A stretch of 61,988 bases of DNA, counting the filler, from Choristocarpus tenellus KU-1152 (Eukaryota > Protista > Phaeophyceae), in the NCBI GenBank assembly GCA_964200185.2. It is 6 parts of 6 records of this genome, joined end to end, with 100 filler letters (N's around TTAATTAATTAA, not from the genome) between each part and the next. Parts side by side here need not be neighbours in the genome. Positions count along the whole stretch, not along the records: positions 9,031 to 34,534 come from CAXNAD020000187.1; 5 more parts are not named here. One strand, given 5' to 3'. Both the position numbers and the translations under genes were made by a program. The notes beneath the pieces are model-generated. The model made no database searches. It saw only the letters and a program-made list of their open reading frames with translations, and was not told the DNA's origin. Below are positions 12,401 through 23,400 of the stretch, one piece after another (the first letter of the stretch is position 1; each line of letters opens with the position of its first letter).

Positions 12401-14015
12401 AGCATGAATATTAGGGAGCGCATTAGTACAATGCATATTTCCAAAAGAAGACGGACAGCCCTACATCAACACGATTGTATATTCCCCATCAACTATATGC
12501 AGTAGAATATATCTAACAATTATCACCAATGCTCCAATTACAATTACGATCTACTAACATATCCCCAAACTTCCCCTTTTCTACATAGGGTAAATACGAT
12601 GAAGCTGCTAAATTGGTCACTACTTCAACCAAGATGACAGATGAAGTTAGCATTGGAGAGAGACATCCTTTATCTGCAATGATGACTCAACGTCATGGAG
12701 AGATACTGCATGAAATGGTTTGTGAAACTAATATTTATCATGCTGAGGTTTGACCTGACAATAGATGTAACGTTTGAACGACCTGACATAAAATAAACTT
12801 CCAGAAACTTACGGATGACATAGTTGGTCCACTAACATAAAAGCTTAATCTCTTTGATTATGCAGGGGAAACACGGTGAAGCTGAGACCCTCCTACGTAA
12901 GGTGATCAGAATGGGTGAAGAAACGTTGGGATCAAGTCACCCTAATGTGGCTGGCAGGAAGGGAAACTTGGCTTCGTTGCTTCAAGATCAGGTGAGAATG
13001 TGAATGGTTTGTAAATATTGTAAGTGTGGTTGAGGATGAGACACAAGAAGAGGGCATAACGATGAGATTTGCAGTAGGTGTATGGAGGCTGGGTGATGTA
13101 CGTCTGCATTTGTGGAATGGTTGTAGTGTGTGGATATCCAGTGTGAAACAGGCGTGTGTTGAAAGAAGGATGAAAGTACCTGTATTTGGTGAGTCACTGA
13201 GTCTGATTTGTATGATGCACTGACATGTGTTGCTTTTTGGCTTTAATAATGCAGGGTAAATATGCCGAGGCGGAGAAACTGTTTCACGAGGTGATAAGGA
13301 TTGTTGAAGAAACGTTGGGATCAAGTCACCCGCATGTGGCTACCGACAAGGGAAACTTGGCTTCGTTGCTTGAAGATCAGGTGAGAATGTGAATGGTTTG
13401 TATGTAAATATTGTAAGGGTGGTTGGGGATGAGACACAAGAAGAGGGCATAACGATGAGATTTGCAGTGGGTGTATGGAGGCTGGGTGATGTATGTTTGC
13501 ATTGGTTGAATGGTTGTAGTGTGTGGATATCTAGTGTGAAACAGGCGTGTGTTGAAATAAGGATGAAAGTACCTGTATTTGGTGAGTCACTGAGTCTGAT
13601 TTGTATGATGCACTGACATGTGTTGCTTTTTGGCTTTGATAATGCAGGGTAAATATGACGAGGCGGAGAAACTGTACCGTGAGGTGATAAGGATGGGTGA
13701 AGAAACATTGGGATCAAGTCACCCTAATGTTGCTGTTTGGATGAGAAACTTGACTGGTTTGCTTAAAGCTCAGGTGATAATGTGTATGGTTTGTATGTAA
13801 ATATTGTAAGGGTGGTTGGGGATGAGACACAAGAAGAGAGCATAACGATGAGATTTGCAGTAGGTGTATGGAGGCTTGCTGATGTACGTTTGCTTTAAAA
13901 GATGAGACTCATTATTTGGTGGATATTTTTAGATGTTGAAGGATGTTTACGTTATTAATGTCTACATTTAGTTTTCATTGTCTTTTTGGGCATACAGCAA
14001 GATGTCGAGAAATAA
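9405..14015 (+). CDS. Multi-exon gene: RelA/SpoT-synthetase-like nucleotidyltransferase domain plus C-terminal TPR repeats (5' end unresolved)
   Basis: In-frame phase-0 GT-AG exons 9952-10431, 10544-10909, 11002-11121, 12589-12717, 12866-12991, 13255-13380, 13648-13773, and a possible terminal exon 13998-14015 (QDVEK*). A possible upstream exon ends at 9671. Motifs PLKTKESILRKA, VTDMARISVV, GGYRDVKMNV and HLCEVQLH occur in the order of the RelA/SpoT synthetase motifs. Repeats such as GKYDEAEKLYREVIRMGEETLGSSHPNVA...NL..LL..Q are kinesin-light-chain-type 42-aa TPRs. Confidence 0.8.
12866..13895 (+). repeat. Tandem exon+intron array (~390-bp unit: 126-bp TPR exon plus ~265-bp intron), three exons plus a truncated third intron copy
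   Basis: Unit starts at 12866, 13255 and 13648; introns 12992-13254 and 13381-13647 are nearly identical; 13774-13895 is a truncated copy. Confidence 0.95.
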
Positions 14016-14379
14016 AGACATGGAGGCATCGGAAGGTTAAGAGGTGATTGTTTTGGTCGGGGTGGTATGGAGGTGACCTTCTCGGCTACTGTTGATATTT
14101 TTGAGTGGTGGACTTGAAAGGAGATGGGGTGTGTGTACCTATATAGTGGAGCACGTGACCTCAGGCACTATCTACTGTTGACACAAAGTAGATAGTGCCT
14201 GAGGTCACGGAGTGAATTTGTATTATCACCTTGACATTTTGCTGTTGCAGGCTTTTGGATTGGTTGAAATGTTGCTTTTCTTTCCTGCTTGATGTAAAAA
14301 ATTTCCCAAGTATAAATATTGTGTTATGTTTGAAGGTTGCGATAATCACATGCATGTGATGAATGAGTTAATGCTTTCT

Positions 14380-14690
14380 TCAATAGAAATTTGCTCTCAG
14401 GCTTACCTTTGCCCTTTTCTTGCCACCAAGGAGAATGTTCTGAGACTTGAGATCTCCATGTACAATCTTATTGGCGTGTATGCACTTCATGCCTCTTACC
14501 ACATCCAAGATTATCCTTTTCCTATCATCTGTAATAGACCCAGACTCCCAATACGATTCATTTTTGAGGAATGTTCTTAAGTTTTCACCTGGTAAAAATC
14601 TGTCACAATGACATGCTCCCATTTCCAATAATCAACAATCATGAGGCAGATAAACGTAAGGAAGACTGAAAGTCAAAACTTCGGACCCTG
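14380..14690 (-). pseudogene. Isolated, inverted paralogous exon of a TKL protein kinase
   Basis: FLPGENLRTFL...ILDVVRGMKCIHANKIVHGDLKSQNILLGGKKRAK matches exon 26607-26813, including flanking intron sequence (GTTGATTATTGGAAAT upstream, GTAAGCCTGAGAGCAA downstream). The acceptor region is altered and no other intact kinase exons were seen nearby. Confidence 0.8.
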
Positions 14691-15237
14691 AACAATCTCT
14701 ACCTATACAACCCTAAAATGAAAAATCACACATATAATGTACTCCAAAAAATGAACCAAGTATATGAAAAAGAGTGTTGATAAGAGACAAGAGATTATTG
14801 ACTGGATTCATGGCGATGGACAGTTTTGGAGTTATACACCAGTAAGTTTGAGGCATTAGTGACTTACATAATAGCTAGTTCTCTCACCTCATAGTCTGTG
14901 AGTACTTTGGAGTGCAAAGAATATGTATGAAGTATTACACATATATGTACTTTCTTCGTGAATAGGTGATTTCAGGGAAAATAGACTCGAACGTTAGCAG
15001 GAAAAGACAAAAGTATTGGTATGGGTCGTTTATGTTCCGTTTTTTCGATCAGTTGATCCTGACAATAGTATGACTGCTCTGGAGTACTTAAATGAATAGT
15101 GCAGAAGATCGCACAACTGCTGCACTTTAGTACTGGCAATATATCCAATTTTGCTTTGCTCACGAATTCTGGATTATTCATATTTATTCTTTGTTTGCAT
15201 TCCACTCATTCTACTCCTCCCCATTCTACCACAACTT

Positions 15238-15410
15238 GTGACCAACCAGTGCGAACCCCCTTCGCCACTGATTTTCTGTCACAGCCCATCTCCGATGACG
15301 AACCAGTGCCAACCCCACTTCGCCCCTGATTTGCAGTCATCACCCCCCACATCTGATGACAAACCAGTGCGACCCCTTCGCCACTGATTTCCAGTCACCA
15401 CCCCACCCTT
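15238..15410. repeat. Degenerate ~60-bp minisatellite (about 3 units) followed by C-rich low-complexity DNA
   Basis: Recurring GAC(C/G/A)AACCAGTGC...CTTCGCC(A/C)CTGATTT...CA. Confidence 0.75.
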
Positions 15411-17418
15411 CAACCCCACCCAACCCCACACCACTTACCACTGCAACACATCAATTCAACACCACTCCTCCCCACAACACGTTCCACCACTTTCCACTTC
15501 CCCACAACATTCAACATCACTCAACCCCCAAACACTTTTCACCACTTTCCGCTTCCCCACACCGGTCAACACCACTCCACAATCATCCTAGAACACCCCT
15601 TCATCATCCACTTCATACTGTGCCTTTGAACTAGAAGGCATCTACCTCGCCCGAACTGGACCTCCCCCCCTTACCCAGAAACCCAGTTGGCCATGAACAA
15701 CCGAAAGGGTGGTGGGTGGGAGAGATTGCTCAGAAGTTGTCTTCTTCTAGCCCTGCTTGTCCTGTACTACTGACCTCAGGTTTTCCTTACGTTCTGACCA
15801 TTCCTTCCTACCTCGTTCTTCCATCTACCACCCATTTCTTTTAACTTCTCTCCTACCACTTCTGCCTCCTAGCCACTCCGTACTTTACCCTTTTTCCATC
15901 CTTCTTTGCTGTCTTTCTTATTCCATATTCAACCCACCCTTCCCTAAAGTCATTCTTACCAGAATTCTCCCGTCTGCAAAACTCAGATTACTTCATAAAC
16001 TTCCATTGTTCATGTCCATTTTCAGAATGTGCATTCTATAGCTGAGAAAGGTTAGGTTAGGGTTAGTACTCCAGTAATTGATATAGACGTATCATCTTTA
16101 ATTATGTGTTTGTTCAATACATAGATCTTCCCAACACATTTCCATCAATTTGGCAACACTTTTGAATGAACGATACCTATGATTCATACGAATCTTTACC
16201 CTATACACACAATCCAACAAGATTTCCTGACCCAAGCTTTGACTAACAAACAATTTCCAAATATATGTGAGAGCCATCTTCCAAAGAAGGTGTACCATTA
16301 AGGTAACCTATCTTGAAGACTGATATTCATACGACATTTTTTTTTGCATGTTGAAGGTAACATCTGTTTGAAATAAATAGCGAATGGTATGACGGGACCT
16401 TACAAACCCCCCTCATTCGCTTTCCACTTACTCTTCTTTCCTGAGTAATCGAATAATGGTTTACTCATGAATACTAAAATATAATTATCAAGGCAAATTA
16501 TAATGCTTTTCCAAGACATCCCTACCTTCTTACCAGGAAAATACTTCCCGCCTCCCCCCTCCCCCCGTTCTCACAAGAGTCCCTACCTGGAGTCTGGCTC
16601 TTCTTGTCTCTCTCCTTATTCTACTCTTTCCCTTCTGCAAATACACATTTATGGTTATCGGACAAATATTTGGTTTGCTTGTCAAAAGGTCACCACATGG
16701 TTTACATATTCTCCATCATCATTTGTTTTGTGTTATGAATCATATTATATATATTGTGTTATGAAAAAATATATTGTTTTACATTATGATCAAGATATCC
16801 AATTCATAGACATACAAATGGAGAAGTAATATTCTCTTTATACGGCAATTTTCATTAATTTGTTTCTGGATCCCAAGATGATCTTCTGAGGGATTGCTTT
16901 TTTTTTGTCGTCTCTTTTCATTTTCTTGCCTCTTATGGGTCTTTCAGATTCCCTTTAGTCTAAGGAACCTATCGGATAGTTATTTGGTTTTTCCTCTCAC
17001 ACATCTCCAGAATGTCCGAGGGCTAAATAATATAATTATACCTGGAGTACAGGGATCAGTTTGTATAGAATACCAAAAACGTCTACTCTCTATATACATG
17101 AAGTGTTTAGGGAGTTTGAAGAATTGAAATATTATTTTCCTGTACCATTTTTTCCGTCTTTCCCCTCAATCACGAATTTTTCACCATACCTACCAACTCA
17201 CTCATCGATAGATGACGATAGATGATAGATGATTATCACGTACCAAAGGGGTACAGTCAACAAGTAGATTCTACATAAATTGCATTTATTGGTGTCCTGG
17301 GGCGTGTGGTTGTTCTTGTTCACAGGCGATCATGGAGACGGCGACTAGCAGGTTGGAATCATCTCAGAGGGCAGGTGGGTTGTTTTGATGGTGTTTCAGG
17401 TCATAGGTTGAGAAGAAA

Positions 17419-20400
17419 ATGGCAAATAGAGAACAGGAACTGATGAATTTGGTATCGCGTTTGTCGCTTGTTGCCCTTCACTTCTCGATGACAGCCAAGC
17501 AACGGGAGATTCTTCTCGATTTCTATGCCTCCACGAATGGAGGTTCATGGAACAACAAAACGGGCTGGAACTCCAATGCCGATAACCTGGCAACGTGGTA
17601 CGGGGTAAGAGTCGACGATCAAGGATGGGTGATTGAAATTAACCTTCGCGAGAATAACCTCAAAGGTGAGATTTGACTGTCATGTTTCACATTCCAAATT
17701 TATAAGGTACATGTCCATTTCGAGACTGCTCCTACGAGGGTTGGCTTCATACTTGCGATGTTTCTATGAAAAGGCACAATTGTGTTGACTCGCTCATTGA
17801 GCTAGTGTACAGATGTGAATAATCAAGGAGAGCCAAAGTATGTTAGAGGTTAGAGCCACGCCCATTTGGGGGCAAGAATCCAATGTTGCGATTTGGATGT
17901 AATTTTGGCTATCGTGTTTGTTGGGAAGTGTCAGTATCCTTGTTCCGGACATACCTCTTCATAACGTATGCATTTTACCTACTCTAAAACAATTTGGAGT
18001 AGGAAAGTGTCATAAAAAAACCTATGGGAAGCCAAGCCCCAAATGGATAAACAGGGCAAAACTCGTACCCTCTAAGATACTTTCAATCAGGACTTCCCAC
18101 TGGACATATGTGCATGTGTGTTGACTCATTGACCAGTGTCTGTGACGCTACAACCACATAGTATTGGTCCAGGATTTTTCCTCCTTAGTGATCGTAAGAA
18201 GGGATGCCGTATGTGTACATTACGTGGCACTTGACTTTTGTTATTTTTGAAGGTCACTGATGCAGCGTGTGCTAGCATCGCCAAACCCGTTTAGTAGGTG
18301 ACAACAAATGGATTTATGAGGCGACGCGAGCCCTCTTCTTCTAAGGTTTAACCTGTGAGATATTTTTGTAGGGGAGATGGAACAAAAGCTGTATTGTAAG
18401 GTCTGTTGTAGTGGAGTAGAAAAAACTGTACAACTAAGCAGTGTCAAATCTGAAATATCTGCACCTTTTTGTTGTTGTGATGTGTTTGGCATCTACCTCT
18501 GGAAAACGACCTTCAGGCTTTCATGTATGTTTTAGGTTTTTCGTGTTGTAAGTGGTGACTACGAAGTATCTCGACTAAAATATTCTTGAGCAGTATGTTT
18601 TGGGCAGAATGTGCACTAACGATAAATTGATGTCCCTATTTTCATCTTGTTTATTGTTATGTGAGGTAATAATAAGTAAAATATGTTGCGTATGTACTAC
18701 ATATTCCATGAAAGATATTTTGGATAAATCTTTCTTTTTATGTCTTGGGGTTAGCTAAACTCTCCGAAGAAAAACCTTTTTACTCTGGAAGTTGGGTAAT
18801 CACATTCTATTATTGCTCAGAGATAGCAAAGTATCATTATTATGTTTCTATTCATTAAAATGTATTAATATGAATTCCCAAAGTCCGAAGTCATAGGACA
18901 AAATAGGAAACAAGAAACATGAACATTTTTCAAATCGAAACTTGCCTGAAACAACTCCAGCCCGGGCATTCTTAGCGACCCTTGTGCACTTGCTCCTCTT
19001 TTCATAGATGGCAAACTCTCTTCTCATGCTTGTGTGCGCGGCAAAGATGACGTGTAAGACTTTTTGTTTCCCTGTTTGCCCTTTGCCAACCGCGCACCGT
19101 ATTACTCTTTTTTTTTTTCACTTTCTGTTCTCTACCCCCTTCCCCCTGAGGCTACACCATACCCTGGCACTCTGTGTTGGGGCCTTCAATAATCTCTGTG
19201 ATTCTAAAGGACTTGATGAGTAGAGGCACATTGATATTTTGTCTTTTTTTATTCCCAATGACATTTACAACATTGCGCTTTTTAGCAGGTCCAGGTACCT
19301 CCCGGTGATTCATAGACATAGAGAACTGATGCCCCTCAAGGTATCGTCCGTAGATGTGCCAAACTCAACACTCTGCACAGTTAGGGTTAGATGTGATGGA
19401 CGGAGTAGTCAACCTAGCCTGTTCTAGGCGTCCTCTTGATGCATGCCTGCCGGTGTTGATAACACTATTATTATCACTACTAGTAATGCTGCTACCCCTG
19501 TCTCTACAATCGTCGCTACCTCTATCCCTCTCACTGGCATTTTCATTACTTCCAGTATCTTTGCCTTTGCTCATTGCAACCAAATTGTCTGTACTCAAAG
19601 TCTACTTACCAAGGATGAAAGTTTGTGTTCACTGAACTTCGGGTTATCACATTTCGTACAGGAGTTGATGAGTGATGATCATAACGAGTGGATTGTGAAA
19701 GTGAGGCATTGCCACACCAAAACTACAAATCTCCTCAGGCACCCAATAGTATAGTTACATTTATTTTTAAATTTTAATATTTTCAACAATATAACAGAAA
19801 TTTGTATCATCGTAGTCCTCCACCTGAGGCGTAGGCAGTGATGTTGCTGTTCATATTATGTTTGGTGCTTATAGTAGTAGTGTAGGATACAGGATAAAAG
19901 TAGAGAAAAATAGGTGGAATGGCCATAGTGTGGTTGGACTGAGTGTAAAATATAAGGTACCTGACCAGTCATAGGTATAATGTTCAAACATAGACAAGTC
20001 CATGACTATACCTCACTGAACACGACATGGGCAGCTGGCTGGCCATATTTGACCAAGTTCAATCATGAATGAATCCATGTCCATCAGTTGTTTCGACATA
20101 TGACTGCTGATTGGCCTGTGGCCGTATAGCTGACAGTGGGGATGCTAAGTTCCTGATTCGATGATAAACCAATACTGTGTTCCTCTATCAAGTTGAAACG
20201 ACTTTTTGCGGCAATATCTATTTTATTTCATTTTACAAGTTGACTTTTAAGATGTTAATGGTCAATGCTGTTAACATAGCATGAAGTGTACTGAATATGT
20301 AAATTAGTGATGAGTGTCAAGGAGAATATAAATACATTTTGTGTATGCTCTAAAGGTACTTCAACCATCTTTGTGAAAAGGGTATGATGATCTTGTGTAT

Positions 20401-23400
20401 TTAAAGCACTTATTGATCTCTGATGTGAAATCAGTTTGTAGTCACTCTTGTCTGTAAAAGGAGTGATATCAAATCATCAGTACATGACTTCTTGATTCGT
20501 ACAATGTATCTGAAGAAATGTCAATTTTCCAATAGGGTGAATAATACAATTTGTAAGAGGAGTTCTGGTTAATATTTCTTGTGCAGAATATATTTTTTGA
20601 CGATCTAGAATTGCTGACAGGAGAGTGTTTGATGTACTGCGCATGAGTATTGTTGTCTACCTCAAGCTGATGTTTGTACTGGACAAGAGTCTAGAAATGT
20701 TAAGTGGGGTTTTATTAATCACTACACCATAGTTCAGCAACTATTTTGTATGTGCTAGCTCCACTATTTTTCATAACCTTGCCTATGGCGTTGTTGTACA
20801 TAGGTTGAGTCAGCATGTTTAGTCAGTCTGAGCATAGAATGTACTTGATAATTTGTGATTGTAAGAACAGAAGTGTTGTGTTGATGATAATATCCTTTGT
20901 CACTCCACTTTCGTCAAAATGTTGTTTTGTGCATTGTGAAACCTGAATGGCGTTCACAACTGAACTTTGTCCCTCACAGGGACTGTCCCCGAAGCATTGG
21001 GCGACCTGCCCGCCCTGCGGCAACTAGATTTGTCCTTCAATCAGCTCAGTGGTAAGTCTGAACTTGTTGATTTCTTTCATTTTGAAGGAATCTCTTTTTT
21101 GTTGACTTTCCTGTTGAAGTACCCTAATGTTGTTGAAAATGTTGATTTTCCATCTGTACCTTAAAAATGTTTGACTGGTGCAATATAGAAATGATTCAAT
21201 CCCATTTTTTTTCACTAATAGAGCTGCATCATTCTGCTTGGTTTCATGTTGATTAGTTTCAACATCAGAAGTTTTGACAGGAGAGTGTTTGATGTACTGC
21301 ACATCACACTTGTTGTCTACCTCCAGGTGATGTTTGTATTGGACAAGAGTCTAGACATTTTGATTGGGGTTATATTACTCACAGCACCATAGTTAAGCAC
21401 GTTCTTTGTTTTGTGCTAGCACTATTTTTCACGACCTTGTGTATGGCATTGTTGTAAATAGGTTGAGCCAGCATTTTTATAGTCAGTCTGAGCATAGATG
21501 GCAATTGAGAATTTGCGATTGTAAGAACAGAAGTATTTTTTTTCTGTATTCTTTGCCACAGGATATTTGACTGTTTTTTTTGTGTACTTTTTGTTTTGAA
21601 TGTATTTTGTAACTAACGTTTTTCCTCACACGGTCTAATTATCAAATTAGCAAGCATCCTATCTTGTTCTTTGAGTTTTCTGTAGTTTGCTTAGTTATCT
21701 CTTGGAAATTTTTATGTTTGTAAGTGTTATTTTTATTTTGTAGGCCAATTTTATATGTATATATATAGTGGTGAGTTACCTTCTTTTGTGCAGTACTTTG
21801 TCAATACGTAGAATACTTTCTTCTTATTGGTATAGTCCATTAAATATTTTTTATCTCAATGTATGGTTAACTTTCGTTATAGGATGGTGTGCTTCCTACT
21901 TGTTTGTATGTGTAGTCACTTTCTGATAGTGCCTTCATTGAACTCCCAATGTCTGTTCCTAACCCTAACCCTAACCCTAACCCTAAGCAATTCCCTCTTA
22001 TTGTTTTGAATACTGTTATCCTAATGTGTAGATGTACATGTATGATACTAACGAAGAAATCTCTCAAGACCTTTTTTGTTCTCAATAAACATGATAGTGT
22101 TTCTCTTCTATCCATTTTGTTCAGGATAATTAACTCTAGCCCCATCTTTCTGGATCCTTATGTTTGGTGTTGCCAGTGGTATGTTTGCCACATGGATACC
22201 AATTTTCCTTAGTGTCCTTTTGTGATTGTATCAACTTGCTTCTAGTTGAAGAATAGTATTCAATTGGGAACTCTGTGGTCTGTACTATTTATAACCAGTT
22301 CCACTGTGTTCTTTTTTCCAGAAAAGCAAATGCTGTCGCTTGTCATCCTAGGGTCCTTATCTCTTAAAAAATATGGTGTTTAATCTGCTGGTGTAATTTT
22401 CCAGGTGTGCTTGTGGAGGGTGAGACTCTTGTATTGAGAGAGGGTCCTTTTCTGCTGGTCATCCACAATGATGATGTGAAGAAGTTTCGCATAGAGTGCA
22501 GCAAGGTGTTGTCTGAATTGGAGAATCTTACGCAAGATTGTTCCTCATCTGTTTCCGAGTCAGTGAAACAATTGGTCACTTTTGTAAAGGGGCACGTGCT
22601 GCGTACAATGGAAACGGATGAAGATGTGGGTGCTGTCCTGTCTTGGTGTAACAGTTCAAATGCAACGTATGTTTTTCTGATTTATTTGATCTTACGTATT
22701 TGTCAAACAATAGTTTGATGATACAAATTGTGATAGTGGTTGGATGAGAAAAATCATGTGAATGCTCGTAGAGATTGAAATGCTACAAGTTCATCAGTTG
22801 TGAATTGTTTGATATGGAATTTTTGTATTTGAGAATGCACAGATCGAGATATTATTTTGAGATTAAAGCATATTTGGTACATTAAATTAGGTTGCACTTA
22901 CTTGCAGTTGAGGTATTTATTTTTTCTGTGGAGATTGTGTCATTGTCTGTCTTCAGTCAAGAAGTACGATTTTTGTGAGTGTGCTTTGATCTCTTTTGTA
23001 ATTAGGCAAAAGTTGATATTTATACTTTACATGTAGTTGGACATTTTTTTAAAACCCTTGATCTGATATCATAAGTGTATCCCTAACCCTGCACATGCTC
23101 TATCTGTCCAATTTTTAATAATGCTTTGAATTAGGGTATTGATATGTGTCTATTATGTACAACTGTTTACATTATTTTTTTATTGTGATTCAGCATCATG
23201 TAAATAGATTTTTTTATTTTGTTGTTGTGCTGACATAGTAAAAGAAAAATCAAGGGTGGGCCTCACCGAGGTTTTTTAATGCTTAGCCATGAATTTGTTC
23301 AGGGTACAATGTTATGATCCTATAAATGAAGCACGTCTTAAGATAGAGGTGAGGGTGAAGCTTTTGAGAATGGATCCGAAGGTTTTCCAGAGGTCACCAT

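Noticed and set aside
12932-13717. Two similar 125-130 aa minus-strand ORFs
   Set aside because: Antisense shadows of the duplicated TPR exon-intron unit; no recognisable domain.
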